64,000 nt of DNA from contig CAVYNY010000022.1 of the NCBI GenBank assembly GCA_963769935.1, forward strand, positions 64,001-128,000, given 5' to 3'. This DNA is from an uncultured delta proteobacterium. Lineage in GTDB: Bacteria > Desulfobacterota > Desulfobacteria > Desulfobacterales > JAFDCJ01. The notes below the pieces were generated by a model, which did no database searches, was not told where the DNA came from, and was given only the letters and a program-made list of their open reading frames with translations. Shown piece after piece: positions 10,051-22,539 of the stretch. Position 1 is the first letter of the stretch. Every line of letters starts with the position of its first letter. The position numbers and the translations under genes were made by a program.

Positions 10051-12051
10051 ATGCTACCGGCAGAGTTGGCAGACAGCATTGGACGAGTGATTATTGAAGG
10101 CGTTCAACCGGAAATCGACGGCGGCCGTTTTCCGATCAAGCGATCGGTGGGCGAAAGCGTCGAAGCGGAGGCCGACATTTTCACCGATGGCCACGATGTA
10201 ATTGCGGCTATCCTGTTGTATCGCAAGGAAACCGATAAAGCATGGCGAGGGGTTTTCATGAAAGCCCTGGGCAACGACCGTTGGCGCGGTTCTTTCCGTG
10301 TGGAAGAAATCGGAAGCTATTTTTACACCTTCCAGGCCTGGGTCGACCACTTTGTGACCTGGTGGCGGGATATCAAGAAAAAAGTGGCCGCCGGGCAGGA
10401 AGTTGCGGCGGATCTGCTGATTGGATCCAAGCTCATCCAAAACGCCGCCGCGCAAGCCGTCGGGGAAGATAAGACCATGCTGAGCAGTTGGGCCGAACTG
10501 CTGGTTTCCGACAAACCGATGGCTGAAAAAATCAGACTGGCATTGGATGGGAACCTGGCGCGTCTGGCGAGCCGGTATCCGGACCGAAGTCATGCAACTC
10601 GTTATGCCAAAAATCTGCCGGTAGCCGTCCATAGGCCTAAAGCCCGCTTCAGTTCATGGTATGAGATGTTTCCCCGCTCATGCAGCGGGCAGGAAGACCG
10701 GCACGGCACATTCAAAGATTGCGAGAATCGCCTGCCCTACATTGCCGAGATGGGATTCGATGTCCTTTACCTGCCGCCGATTCATCCCATCGGCCATTCC
10801 CACCGCAAGGGCAAAAACAACTCCCTGCGGCCGGAGCCGGATGATCCGGGCAGCCCCTGGGCGATCGGGGCACCCGAGGGCGGCCATCGTGCAGTGCATC
10901 CACAACTGGGCACATTGGAAGATTTTCGGCGCTTGGTTTCCAAAGCCAGGGAATTCGGTATCGAAGTGGCCTTGGACCTGGCCTTTCAGTGCAGCCCGGA
11001 TCACCCCTATGTTCAAAAGCATCCTGAATGGTTCTACCGCCGGCCCGACGGTACCATTCAATACGCCGAAAATCCGCCCAAAAAGTATGAGGATATCTAT
11101 CCGCTTAATTTTGAAAACGACCACTGGCAGGATCTCTGGCAGGAGCTTCTGGGCGTCGTGCACTTCTGGATTGAACACGGCATTCGGATTTTCCGGATGG
11201 ACAATCCCCACACCAAGCCGTTTGCCTTCTGGAAATGGCTGATTGCCGCGGTCAGAAAAGACTACCCCGAGTGCATATTTTTGGCCGAGGCCTTTACGCG
11301 GCCCCGGGTCATGTATCGGCTCGCCAAACTTGGATTTACCCAATCCTATACCTATTTCGCCTGGCGCAACACCAAATTGGAACTGACCCAGTATTTTACC
11401 GAACTGACTCGGGCGCCGGTGCGGGAATTCTTCTGGCCCAATCTATGGCCCAATACCCCTGATATCCTAACGGAGTATCTGCAGATGGGCGGCAGACCGG
11501 CATTTGCGACGCGGCTGGTACTGGCGGCAACCCTGGGCGCCAACTACGGCATTTACGGACCGGCCTTTGAGCTTGCTCAAACCGCCGCCCGGGAAGCGCA
11601 CGGCGAAGAGTACCTGGATTCTGAAAAATATCAGATAAAATCCTGGGATACCGAGCGTTCGGACAGTCTGAAATCTTTCATTGCAAGGATCAACCGTATC
11701 CGGCGCGAAAATCCGGCGCTGCAAAACGATCGTAATCTGCATTTTCATCCGGTGAACAATGAGCAGCTGATCGCCTACAGCAAACACACCGACGATCTTG
11801 CAAATATTATTTTGGTGGTCGTCAATCTCGACTCCCATCATACGCACAGTGGATGGCTGGAATTTTCGCCCGAGACGCTGGACCTGGATCCGCAGCAAAC
11901 CTTTCAAGTCCACGATTTGCTAAGTGATTCACGCTATCTGTGGCAGGGCTTAAGCAACTTTGTGGAACTGAACCCGCAGATCGTTCCCGCTCACATATTT
12001 GTCGTGCGGCGCAAAGTCCGCACGGAACGCGACTTTGATTATTTTTTATAA
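10051..12051 (+). CDS. glgE: Alpha-1,4-glucan:maltose-1-phosphate maltosyltransferase (GH13_3)
   Basis: WYEMFPRS, YLPPIHPIG, QCSPDHPYV, YAENPPKKYEDIYP, FRMDNPHTKP, LAEAFTRP, NTPDIL. Confidence 0.96.
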   Translation: MLPAELADSIGRVIIEGVQPEIDGGRFPIKRSVGESVEAEADIFTDGHDVIAAILLYRKETDKAWRGVFMKALGNDRWRGSFRVEEIGSYFYTFQAWVDHFVTWWRDIKKKVAAGQEVAADLLIGSKLIQNAAAQAVGEDKTMLSSWAELLVSDKPMAEKIRLALDGNLARLASRYPDRSHATRYAKNLPVAVHRPKARFSSWYEMFPRSCSGQEDRHGTFKDCENRLPYIAEMGFDVLYLPPIHPIGHSHRKGKNNSLRPEPDDPGSPWAIGAPEGGHRAVHPQLGTLEDFRRLVSKAREFGIEVALDLAFQCSPDHPYVQKHPEWFYRRPDGTIQYAENPPKKYEDIYPLNFENDHWQDLWQELLGVVHFWIEHGIRIFRMDNPHTKPFAFWKWLIAAVRKDYPECIFLAEAFTRPRVMYRLAKLGFTQSYTYFAWRNTKLELTQYFTELTRAPVREFFWPNLWPNTPDILTEYLQMGGRPAFATRLVLAATLGANYGIYGPAFELAQTAAREAHGEEYLDSEKYQIKSWDTERSDSLKSFIARINRIRRENPALQNDRNLHFHPVNNEQLIAYSKHTDDLANIILVVVNLDSHHTHSGWLEFSPETLDLDPQQTFQVHDLLSDSRYLWQGLSNFVELNPQIVPAHIFVVRRKVRTERDFDYFL

Positions 12052-12066
12052 AAAGCGGTGCTTCCG

Positions 12067-15000
12067 ATGGATAATAGCTCATCAACGCAAGACGAGAGCC
12101 TCTGGTATAGAGACGCCGTCATTTACCAGCTGCATGTCAAAACCTATTTTGACAGTGACGAAGACGGCGTGGGGGACTTCAAAGGTCTCACTCAAAAACT
12201 GGATTATCTGCAAAATTTGGGCGTGACCGCCCTCTGGCTTTTGCCTTTTTACCCGTCGCCGTTAAAGGACGACGGCTACGATATCGCGGATTACACCAAT
12301 ATTAACCCCTCTTTTGGAACCCTGCACGATTTCAAGGTCTTTTTGCGCGAAGCCCATCGGCGAGGATTGAAGGTGATCACCGAGCTGGTCGTAAACCACA
12401 CTTCCGATCAGCATCCCTGGTTTCAAAATGCCCGGCGGGCGAAACCCGGCAGCAGCCGGCGCAATTTCTACGTCTGGAGTGATACGGCCGACAAGTATAA
12501 AGAAGCGCGCATAATTTTTAAAGATTTCGAGTCTTCCAATTGGACCTGGGATCCGGTCGCGGGGGCGTATTACTGGCATCGATTTTACTTCCATCAGCCT
12601 GATTTGAATTTTGACAACCCGCAGGTCCATAAAGCGTTGTTGCGGGCCCTTGACTTCTGGCTGGAGATGGGAGTAGACGGCCTGCGGCTTGATGCCGTGC
12701 CGTATTTGTATGAGCGGGAAGAGACCAACTGCGAAAATCTGTCCGAAACCCATGCGTTTTTAAAAAAATTGCGGGCCCATGTGGATCGCAAATTTGACAA
12801 CCGCATGCTGTTGGGGGAGGCTAACCAGTGGCCGGAGGATGTGGTCGATTATTTCGGCAACGGCGACGAATGCCATATGAATTTTCATTTTCCCCTGATG
12901 CCCCGATTGTTCATGGCGCTGCGCATGGAAGACAGTTTTCCGATTGTCGATATCCTTGAACAAACGCCTGCCATTCCGGACACGTGCCAATGGGCCGTAT
13001 TTTTACGCAATCACGATGAGTTGACGCTGGAGATGGTCACCGATGAGGAGCGCGACTATATGTACCGGGTTTACGCCCGGGATCCTCAAATGCGGGTGAA
13101 TTTAGGCATCCGGCGTCGATTGAATCCGCTGCTGGGAAATCACCACCGCCGCATCGAACTGATGAACGGGCTGCTGTTTTCGATGCCGGGAACGCCGATT
13201 ATCTACTACGGCGATGAGATCGGTATGGGTGACAACATTTTTCTGGGTGATCGCAACGGCGTTCGCACCCCCATGCAGTGGAGTGCGGACCGCAACGCCG
13301 GTTTCTCCAGGAGCAACCCGCATCGTCTTTATTTGCCGGTAATTACCGACCCGGAGTATCATTATGAAGTCGTCAACACCGAAGCTCAGGAAAACAACCG
13401 CCACTCCCTGTTGTGGTGGATGCGACGTCTGATTACCCTGCGCAAACGGTTCAAGGCCTTCAGTCGCGGTGATCTTGAATTTCTGTACCCTGAAAATGCC
13501 AAAATACTGGCGTTTACCCGATCCTATCAGGATGAATGCATTCTGGTAGTTGCCAACCTGTCCCGATTCGTGCAGTACGCGGAATTGGATCTGTCGGCCT
13601 TCAAAAACAGGGTTCCCGTTGAGCTCTTCGGGCGGACGGAATTTCCCGCCGTCGGCGGGGATCCGTATTTTCTTACCCTGGGGCCGCATTCCTTTTACTG
13701 GTTTTTTATGCAGCCTGCCGAAGCGACGCAGGCGGGCAGTGCCCTGACGGCCGAATCCGGCCAGCTTGCATGTCTGGAAGTCGGCAGTTCATGGGAGCAG
13801 GTTTTAAGAGGCAGAGCCAAAAACCAGCTGGAGGAACTGCTGCCCGCTTACCTGCGCGGCAAACGCTGGTTCGGAGGCAAGGCTCAGCAGGTCAAAAAGG
13901 CCGCCATTCAGGAGTTTGTACCCTTGCAGGACGGCGCTTTTGCGGCTTTTATTGCTTTCGCGGCAATTGATTACATGGACGGCAACAGCGAAACGTACGT
14001 GCTGCCCCTGGCCTTTGCTTCCGGGGCCCAGGCAGAGGCTGCGCTGCATGAACATCCGTGGGCGGCCCTGACCCGTCTGCGGATAAAATCCACCGGCGAC
14101 GAGGGAATCCTATTTGAAGCCACGGCCCTGAAGGATTTCGGCACAGCGCTGATCCGGGCCATCGACCACCGTCAGCGGCGTAAAGGGAGTGCCGGGGAGT
14201 TGATATGCTCCCGGACGCCTGTGCTGCGCAGGATTTGTGAAAATAATCCAGCCTCGCTGGAGCCCTCGCTGCTGGGTGCGGAACAGAGCAACACCTCTCT
14301 GGTGTATGGAAGCTGTTTCATCCTGAAGCTTTTCCGGCGGCTTCAGGAAGGCACCAACCCGGATCTTGAAATCGGACGTTTTCTGACCGAAAAAGGCTTT
14401 GCCCACATACCGCCGGTTGCCGGTGCCTTGGAATATCGTGCCGGCCGACAGAAGCCGCAGACGATAGGGATTTTGCAGGGGTTTACCCCCAATCAGGGAG
14501 ATGCCTGGGAATACACCCTGAATACACTGGCACATTATTTTGAAAAGGTCCTCGAAAAGCAGGCAGATAAAACGCCGCCCGTGGTTCCCCGCGCCTCGTT
14601 TATGGAACTGGCTGAAACGGCCGTACCCCCGGATGTGTCTGAGTTGATTGGAATTTACATAGAGTCGGTGCGCATCCTGGCCCTGCGCACCGCGGAGCTG
14701 CACCGGGTGTTGGCGTCCCCTTCGGAAGATCCAAAATTTGCACCCGAGCCTTTCTCCAAATTATATCAACGCTCCCTTTACCAATCCATGCGCACCCTTG
14801 CCGGACGGACACTGCCGCTGCTGCGCCGGCACTTGAACGATTTGCCGGAAACTGATCAGCAGCAGGCATGCGAAGTCCTTGAGATGAATAAAGATATCCT
14901 CAAGCGCTTCCATTCACTGCTGGATCTGAAAATTTCGGGAGTGCGAAGCCGATGCCACGGTGATTTTCATCTGGGGCAGGTGCTCTTTACCGGAAAAGAT

Positions 15001-15408
15001 TTTGTCATTATCGATTTCGAAGGGGAACCCGCCCGACCGATCAGTGAGCGTCAGATCAAACGCTCCCCTCTGCGGGATGTTGCCGGAATGCTGCGCTCCT
15101 TTCACTATGCCGCCTATTCCGCCCTGATTGCAATGGAAAAGCAGGGCATGGTGCAGCCGGAAAGACTGCCGTATTTGGAATCCTGGGCAAATTTATGGTA
15201 TGTGTGGGTGTGTGCGGGTTTTGTAAAAATATATCTGGCTCAGACCGCCGGGGACGGCTTTTTGCCGAGTACCAGAGCAGAAATCGAAATTCTGCTGGAT
15301 GCCCTGCTGCTGGAAAAGGCCATTTATGAACTGGGATATGAACTGAACAACCGGCCCGACTGGGTAAAAATTCCCATCCACGGCATCCGGCAATTATTGC
15401 AGAACTAG
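12067..15408 (+). CDS. treS: Trehalose synthase TreS fused to maltokinase (Pep2/Mak)
   Basis: N-terminal [42 protein letters not shown]-terminal kinase [24 protein letters not shown]. Confidence 0.96.
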   Translation: MDNSSSTQDESLWYRDAVIYQLHVKTYFDSDEDGVGDFKGLTQKLDYLQNLGVTALWLLPFYPSPLKDDGYDIADYTNINPSFGTLHDFKVFLREAHRRGLKVITELVVNHTSDQHPWFQNARRAKPGSSRRNFYVWSDTADKYKEARIIFKDFESSNWTWDPVAGAYYWHRFYFHQPDLNFDNPQVHKALLRALDFWLEMGVDGLRLDAVPYLYEREETNCENLSETHAFLKKLRAHVDRKFDNRMLLGEANQWPEDVVDYFGNGDECHMNFHFPLMPRLFMALRMEDSFPIVDILEQTPAIPDTCQWAVFLRNHDELTLEMVTDEERDYMYRVYARDPQMRVNLGIRRRLNPLLGNHHRRIELMNGLLFSMPGTPIIYYGDEIGMGDNIFLGDRNGVRTPMQWSADRNAGFSRSNPHRLYLPVITDPEYHYEVVNTEAQENNRHSLLWWMRRLITLRKRFKAFSRGDLEFLYPENAKILAFTRSYQDECILVVANLSRFVQYAELDLSAFKNRVPVELFGRTEFPAVGGDPYFLTLGPHSFYWFFMQPAEATQAGSALTAESGQLACLEVGSSWEQVLRGRAKNQLEELLPAYLRGKRWFGGKAQQVKKAAIQEFVPLQDGAFAAFIAFAAIDYMDGNSETYVLPLAFASGAQAEAALHEHPWAALTRLRIKSTGDEGILFEATALKDFGTALIRAIDHRQRRKGSAGELICSRTPVLRRICENNPASLEPSLLGAEQSNTSLVYGSCFILKLFRRLQEGTNPDLEIGRFLTEKGFAHIPPVAGALEYRAGRQKPQTIGILQGFTPNQGDAWEYTLNTLAHYFEKVLEKQADKTPPVVPRASFMELAETAVPPDVSELIGIYIESVRILALRTAELHRVLASPSEDPKFAPEPFSKLYQRSLYQSMRTLAGRTLPLLRRHLNDLPETDQQQACEVLEMNKDILKRFHSLLDLKISGVRSRCHGDFHLGQVLFTGKDFVIIDFEGEPARPISERQIKRSPLRDVAGMLRSFHYAAYSALIAMEKQGMVQPERLPYLESWANLWYVWVCAGFVKIYLAQTAGDGFLPSTRAEIEILLDALLLEKAIYELGYELNNRPDWVKIPIHGIRQLLQN

Positions 15409-15426
15409 CTATAAGGAGGTTTGGGG

Positions 15427-17394
15427 ATGTCCGAAAACCAATCCGTGAATCCATCAGCCGGCGAAGCAGCCCGCGATGCAAACACGCAGGGTTTCAGCCT
15501 GCTGACGCAGGATGATATTTACCTGTTCAATGAAGGCAGCCACTTTCGCCTATACGAGAAATTGGGCGCCCATGTGGTGGATGACGACCGTCTGAAAGGG
15601 GTCTATTTTGCAGTGTGGGCGCCCAATGCCGGCCAGGTAAGCGTGATCGGCGATTTCAACGGCTGGGACAATCTCAGCCATCCGCTGCGGCCCAGGGAAT
15701 CCTCGGGAATCTGGGAGGGAACCATTGCGGGGCTTGAAAAAGGCGGGCTCTACAAATACCATATCGTTTCGCGATTCAACAACTATCAGGCCGACAAAGC
15801 CGATCCTTTTGCCTTTTTTAATCAAATTGCCCCGCAAAAGGCCTCGGTCGCCTGGAATTTGGATTATTCCTGGCAGGATCAGGCCTGGATGGCCGACCGC
15901 GGCCGTCCCAATGCCCTTGATGCGCCGATTGCCATTTATGAGGTCCATCCGGGGTCCTGGCAGCGGGTGCCGGAGGAAGACAACCGATCCCTGACCTATC
16001 GCGAGCTGGCCCCCAAGCTTACCGAGTATGTTCACCATATGGGCTTTACCCACATTGAGTTTCTACCGATAATGGAGCACCCGTTTTATGGATCATGGGG
16101 GTACCAAACCCTGGGGTATTTCTCGCCCACCAGCCGCTACGGAACTCCGCAGGATTTTATGTTCCTGATTGATCATCTCCATCAGCACGGCATCGGTGTG
16201 ATTCTGGACTGGGTACCGTCTCATTTTCCGAGCGACGAACACGGCCTGGGCTTTTTCGACGGCTCCCATCTTTTTGAACACGCCGATCCGCGCAAAGGCT
16301 TTCACCCGGACTGGAACAGTTTTATCTTCAATTACGGCCGCAAGGAGGTGCAAAGTTATTTGATCAGCAGTGCCCTGTTCTGGCTGGATAAATATCACAT
16401 CGACGGCTTTCGGGTGGATGCGGTGGCCTCCATGTTGTATCTGGACTACTCCCGCAAAGACGGCGAGTGGATCCCCAATGAATACGGCGGCCATGAGAAC
16501 CTCGAGGCCATCGCCTTTTTGCGCCGCTTCAACGAAGAGGTGCATGCCAATTTTCCCCAGGCGCTGACGATTGCCGAAGAATCCACGGCCTGGCCCATGG
16601 TATCGCGTCCCACCTATACCGGGGGCTTGGGGTTTGATATGAAATGGGATATGGGCTGGATGCATGACACCCTGGATTACATGTCCAAAGAGCCTGTCCA
16701 CCGCTCCTTTCACCACAACAAACTAAACTTCCGGATGCTGTATGCCTATACGGAAAATTACGTTCTGCCGCTGTCCCACGACGAGGTCGTCCACGGCAAG
16801 GGATCGCTGCTGGCCAAAATGTCGGGGGATGAATGGCAAAAGTTCGCCAACTTAAGGATCCTGCTGGGGTACATGTACGCCCAGCCGGGCAAGAAACTGC
16901 TGTTCATGGGCGCCGAATTTGGGCAATGGAGAGAATGGAGTCATGAGCGCAGCCTGGATTGGCATCTGTTGGCAAACCCGCTGCACGCCGGAATTCAGCG
17001 GTGGGTCCATGACCTGAATGGTCTTTACCGGCAGGAACCGACCTTGCATGAGCTTGACTTCAGCGCCAAGGGGTTTCGCTGGATCGACTGCAACGACACA
17101 CTGCAAAGCACCGTCAGTCTGATTCGTCGGGGTCGATCCCCCAAAAACGCCCTGATCGTTGCCTGCAATTTCACGCCGGTTCCGCGCCACAATTACCGCC
17201 TCGGCGCCCCCGGCGGCGGGATCTGGCTGGAAATATTAAACAGTGATGCCCGGGATTACGGCGGCAGCGGGCAGGGCAACCTGGGGGCCCTGGAAGCCGC
17301 CCCCGTTCCCAGCCACGGTTTTCCCTATTCGCTGAATCTGACGCTTCCGCCGCTGGCGGCCGTCTTTTTGAAAATGCGGGAGGATGCCGAATGA
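15427..17394 (+). CDS. glgB: 1,4-alpha-glucan branching enzyme (GH13_9)
   Basis: [59 protein letters not shown]. Confidence 0.96.
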   Translation: MSENQSVNPSAGEAARDANTQGFSLLTQDDIYLFNEGSHFRLYEKLGAHVVDDDRLKGVYFAVWAPNAGQVSVIGDFNGWDNLSHPLRPRESSGIWEGTIAGLEKGGLYKYHIVSRFNNYQADKADPFAFFNQIAPQKASVAWNLDYSWQDQAWMADRGRPNALDAPIAIYEVHPGSWQRVPEEDNRSLTYRELAPKLTEYVHHMGFTHIEFLPIMEHPFYGSWGYQTLGYFSPTSRYGTPQDFMFLIDHLHQHGIGVILDWVPSHFPSDEHGLGFFDGSHLFEHADPRKGFHPDWNSFIFNYGRKEVQSYLISSALFWLDKYHIDGFRVDAVASMLYLDYSRKDGEWIPNEYGGHENLEAIAFLRRFNEEVHANFPQALTIAEESTAWPMVSRPTYTGGLGFDMKWDMGWMHDTLDYMSKEPVHRSFHHNKLNFRMLYAYTENYVLPLSHDEVVHGKGSLLAKMSGDEWQKFANLRILLGYMYAQPGKKLLFMGAEFGQWREWSHERSLDWHLLANPLHAGIQRWVHDLNGLYRQEPTLHELDFSAKGFRWIDCNDTLQSTVSLIRRGRSPKNALIVACNFTPVPRHNYRLGAPGGGIWLEILNSDARDYGGSGQGNLGALEAAPVPSHGFPYSLNLTLPPLAAVFLKMREDAE

Positions 17395-19255
17395 GGACCT
17401 CTCTGGGTGCCACTTATTATGGTGACGGTCGCTGCCGGTTCCTGGTGTGGGCGCCGCTGGCCGAACGGGTCGAGATCCGCCAGCTGTCGCCTCAGGAGCG
17501 CAGTGCCGCGCTGGAAAAACTGCCGCAGGGGTATCACCGGGCCGTGTTGACCGACTTCGACCCCTCCGGCCGTTATGTCTATCGTCTTTACAAAATTCAG
17601 GCCAAAGAGCCGGTCGAACGCCCCGACCCGGCCTCGCGCTTTCAGCCCGAGGGCGTCCACGGCCCCTCCCAGGTCGTGGATGCGGAATTTGACTGGGAGG
17701 ATGCCGATTGGCACGGCCTGCCGCTGTCACAGTATATCATCTACGAGCTGCATGTCGGCACGTTTACGCCGGCGGGAACCTTTGACGCCGTTATTGCACA
17801 TCTGGATGAACTCAGGGATATCGGCATCACCGCCGTCGAACTCATGCCGGTGGCCCAGTTTCCCGGCACCCGCAACTGGGGCTATGACGGCACCTATCCG
17901 TTTGCGGCCCAGAACTCATACGGCGGTCCGCAAGGCCTCAAACGGCTGGTCAATGCCTGCCACCGCAAAGGTCTGGCGGTGATCCTGGATGTGGTCTACA
18001 ACCATTTGGGGCCGGAGGGCAATTACCTGAGGGACTTCGGACCTTATTTTACGGACTTCTACCAGACCCCCTGGGGGGAAGCCGTCAATTTCGACGGACC
18101 TTACAGTGACGACGTGCGGCGGTTTTTCATGGAAAATGCGCTTTACTGGGTTGAGGACTGTCATATCGATGCGCTGCGCCTCGATGCCGTGCATGCCATA
18201 TTGGATTTTTCCGCCCGCCCGTTTCTGGAGGAACTGGCCCGGACGGTGCACCGGGCGGCCGAACGGTTAAACCGCCGCATTTACTGTATTGCCGAAAGTG
18301 CCCTGAACGACACGCGCATCATCCGGCCGCGGGAGCTGGGCGGATTCGCCCTGGACGCCCAGTGGAACGACGATTTCCACCATGCCCTGCATGCACTGCT
18401 GACCGGTGAACAGACCGGCTATTATCAGGACTTCGGCCGGCTGCATCAGCTGGCCCGGGCCTGGCGGCGGGGCTTTGTCTACGATGGGCAGTATTCCGGC
18501 TACCGGCAGCGTGCGCACGGCAATTCCTCCCGCAACATTCCGGCGCAGCAGCTGGTGGTTTTTGCCCAGAATCACGATCAGATCGGCAACCGTATGCTCG
18601 GAGAACGCCTGAGCCGGCTGGTTTCTTTTGAGGACTTAAAATTGGCCGCCGGGCTGGTGCTTTTGTCGCCCTTTATCCCTCTGCTTTTTATGGGCGAAGA
18701 GTACGGTGAGACCGCCCCCTTTCAATACTTCATCGACCACTCGGACCCGGAACTCGTAAACGCCGTGCGCGAGGGGCGCCGGCGGGAATTTGCCGCCTTC
18801 GGCTGGGAGGAGGAACCGCCGGATCCGCAGGACGAGGCCACTTTTTTAAGGTCCAAACTGGATCGATCGCTGCGGGATACCAGTCTCGAGCCGGATTCTG
18901 CTGGGCTTTTACCGTGAACTGATCCGGCTGCGCAAGGAAATTCCCGCCCTGGCGCGGCTGAGCAAAAAGCACCAGGATGTCGTTGCCGACCATGAGCATC
19001 GGACACTTTTTGTGCGGCGCCGGGCCGGATCCGATGAGGCATTTATGATTTTTTGCTTCAGCAAGCAGCAAGACGGTGCCGCTGCCGCTGCCGGCGGGCC
19101 GCTGGAAAAAAATTCTGGATTCCGCCGAGCAACGCTGGCTCGGTCCGGGCAGTTTGCTGCCCGAAGAAATTGAATCAGATGGAAGAATCGAGCTGCCCGT
19201 GACGCCGCAGAGTGTCGTGGTTCTTGGAAGAGAAGATGGGCCGGAGGACGGATGA
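17391..19255 (+). CDS. treZ: Malto-oligosyltrehalose trehalohydrolase, frameshifted near the C-terminus
   Basis: [40 protein letters not shown]. Coding continues in other frames after about 18885 ([15 protein letters not shown]) and about 19070 ([12 protein letters not shown]) to TGA 19253-19255. Confidence 0.9.
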
Positions 19256-19279
19256 CCCGTCGTCGCCCGCGGGCGATGG

Positions 19280-19720
19280 CGCGGCAAGCAGGAGACAGAA
19301 GACATAGGAGGAGGTTTCCGGTGTCAGGTGTCAGCGGGCAGAAGATAAGAAGAAAGATAAAGAAGCTGAGAAGTTGAAAAGTTGGGAAGATGAGAGGGTG
19401 CAAAGGATGAAAGTGGAGAAACATTGAAACGGAGAACCAGGGAAACGGAGATCTGGAGAAACAGAGAAAAGGGAAATGGGATAACAGATAGAAAAGCGGC
19501 GACGAGTAGAAGTTATTGGTTATTTGTTATTAGCTTCCAATTGAAGCCGAGGGAGGTTGAATTTCGTATTCCTACTTCGACATTCGAGCAGTTTTGCGGT
19601 GTTTTTAACTATCAGCTATGAGCTATCAGCTATGAACTATTTTATCTGACACCTGAAACCTGACACCTGACAACCTCATATGGCACCTGAAACCTTTTAG
19701 GAACTCTGAACGCTGAATCC
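19280..19720 (+). repeat. Modular intergenic repeat element, copy B
   Basis: GGTGTCA 7-mers on the left, TGACACC/TGAAACC 7-mers on the right (inverted), purine-rich 8-mers, conserved core 19506-19640. Confidence 0.85.
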
Positions 19721-19735
19721 AAAGCGAGGGATCAC

Positions 19736-22170
19736 ATGACAGACGAACGCTATATTTGCATCCACGGCCACTTTTACCAGCCGCCGCGGGAAAATGCCTG
19801 GCTGGAGGCCGTCGAACTCCAGGATTCGGCTTACCCGTATCATGATTGGAACGAGCGCATTGCCACGAGTGCTATGAGGCCAATGCAACCTCACGTATAT
19901 TGGACGAGCAGGGACGCATTGTGCAGATCGTCAACAACTACAGCAACATAAGCTTTAATTTCGGCCCGACCCTGCTGGCCTGGCTGGAAGAACATGCGGC
20001 CGGTGTATATGAAAAAATTATTCAAGCCGACGTGCAGAGCCGGGAACGTTTTTCCGGCCACGGTTCGGCTCTGGCTCAGGCCTACAACCATATGATCCTG
20101 CCGCTGGCCAATCAGCGGGATAAAAACACCCAGATTATCTGGGGTATCCGCGATTTCGAGCATCGCTTCGGCAGAAAGCCGGAGGGGATGTGGCTGCCGG
20201 AAGCGGCCGTGGATCTGGCAACCCTGGATGTCCTGGCAGAGCATGGCATCCGTTTTACGATTCTAAGCCCCTATCAGGCCAGGCGGGTGCGGCCGATCGG
20301 TGAGGAAAAATGGACGGATGTCGGCCGCGGGGCCATTGATCCCAGAAGGCCCTACCTCCAGCGGCTGCCCGACGGGCGCTCCCTGGCTATTTTTTTCTAT
20401 GACGGTCCGATTTCCCAGGCGGTGGCTTTTGAACGTTTATTAAAAAACGGGGAAGAATTTGCCAACCGTCTGATCGGCGGCTTCGACAATGAGCGCGAGA
20501 CCGCGCAGCTGGTGCACATTGCCACCGATGGTGAAAGCTACGGCCACCATCATCGCCACGGGGACATGGCCCTGGCTTATGCGCTGGATCACATCGAAGC
20601 CAACGGATTTGCGCGCCTGACCAATTACGGCGAATATCTGGAAAGGCATCCGCCGACCCATGAAGTCGAAATCTTCGAAAATACCTCCTGGAGCTGCGCG
20701 CATGGGATCGAACGCTGGCGCAGCGACTGCGGCTGTCATACGGGCCAAAATCCCGACTGGAACCAGTCCTGGCGGGAACCGCTGCGCAATGCGCTGGACT
20801 GGCTGCGCGATGCCCTGGCACCGGTATATGAAGAAAAAATGAAGCATCCGTATCTTGAAAGATCCCTGGCAGGCCCGCAACGATTATATCGACATTATTT
20901 TAAATCGCTCGCCCGAAAATCATCGAGCAGTTCCTGGCCCGGCATGCGGTTCAGCAGCTGAGCCCGGCAGACAGGATCACCGTGCTCAAACTGCTGGAAA
21001 TGCAGCGTCATCTGATGTTGATGTACACCAGCTGCGGCTGGTTTTTTGATGAACTGTCGGGCATTGAAACGGTGCAGGTCATCCAGTACGCCGGCCGGGC
21101 AATCCAGCTTTGCCGCGAAACTACCGGAAATCGACCTGGAGCCGGAATTTTTGGACCATTTGAGCCGGGCCCACAGCAACCTGCCCGAAATGGGCGACGG
21201 GCGCAATATATTTGAAAAATTCGTGAAACCGGCCGGGCTCGATCTCGAGAAGGTGGCCGCGCATTATGCCATCAGCTCCCTGTTTGAAGACTATCCGGCC
21301 GAAGCCTCCATTTTCTGTTATTCCGCCTCCCGGCAGGATTACCGGATTGCCGAGGTCGGCAAGGCCAAGCTGGCGGTGGGGCGGGTGACCATGTCCTCCA
21401 ATATTACCCTTGAAACAGATGCATTTCATTTCGGGGTAATGCACTTCGGCGATCACAACCTCACCTGCGGTATCGGAAAAATTCCGGCTGAAGAGGATTT
21501 CCGGCGTTTGCAGGAAGAAATTTTCACCATGTTTGAAAAAGCCGATTTCCCTGCCGTCCTCAGGGTTCAGGACGAATTTTTCGGATTATCGCAGTACTCC
21601 CTCAAGACATTATTTCGGGACAGACAGCGCCAAATCCTGGAGCTGATTCTGGCGACCGCCGAGGATGATGCCCTGCTGGTTTACCGGCATCTGTACGAGG
21701 ACAATGTCCCGCTTATGCGGTTTTTGAAAGATTCCGGCAGCCCGCCGCCCCAGGTGTTAAGGACGGCCGGCGAGCTGGTCATTAATGGGGATTTGCGTCT
21801 CGAGTTCAGCCGCGACGAGCTGGACCATGAGACCATTCAAAATCTGATCGACGCCGCCGATTTGGCCGGAATCTCCTTGGATGCCAAAACCCTCGAATTC
21901 GTGCTGCGGCAAAAGCTGGGACGTCTGGCGGAACAAATACGACAGACCCCGGAGGACATCGATCTGCTTGAACGGATGCTGGCAGCGGTGGAGCTGGTCT
22001 ATGTCCTGCCGTTTGACGTCAATCTGCGAAAAGTTCAGAACATTCAATACGATCTGAATCAACGGCTCTACCCGGTCTACCAGGAGAAAACCGCCGGAGG
22101 CGATGCATCCGCCGGCCGGTGGATAAAATGTGCCGATGCATTGAACGAAAAACTGCTGATCAAGGCCTGA
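19736..22170 (+). CDS. GH57-family glycoside hydrolase with DUF3536 domain, multiple frameshifts
   Basis: CIHGHFYQPPRENAW, SFNFGPTLL, GMWLPE, IATDGESYGHH, SWSCAHGIERW, MYTSCGWFFDELSGIE. These lie in five ORF pieces with shifts near 19860, 20850, 20920 and 21115. Confidence 0.88.
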
Positions 22171-22515
22171 GGGTTCAGAGGTTCAGGGTAGGACAGATGA
22201 CAGAGGAGAGAGCATAAGGTTTTGGGTGTCAAGTTTCAGGTGTCCGCTTACAGAAAAGGGAGACCAGTCGACAGAGGATAGAGGCTAGAGCTGGGAAGTT
22301 GCGAAGTTGGGAAGATAGGAGGCGAGTAGAAATTATTAATTATTGATTATTTGTTATGAGCTTTCAAACGGAGCAGACGGAGGTTGAATTTCGGTTCCTC
22401 ATTCGACGTTCTGCGGTGTTTTTTAACTATGAGCAATGGACTATGAGCTTTGAACTATCAGCTATCAGCTATGAGCTTTTTTTCTGGCACCTGACACCTG
22501 AACACTGAAACCTCA
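22171..22515 (+). repeat. Modular intergenic repeat element, copy C
   Basis: Same module order as copy B. Core 22326-22478. Confidence 0.85.
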
Positions 22516-22539
22516 GCCACATCACTAAAAGGGTAGCTA

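Noticed and set aside
19280..19720. CRISPR array in the repeat-rich intergenic regions
   Set aside because: Units are 7-9 nt in tandem without unique spacers, and there are no cas genes.
18880..21125. Programmed ribosomal frameshifting in treZ/GH57
   Set aside because: There are too many shifts, no consistent slippery motif, and no precedent known to me in these families.
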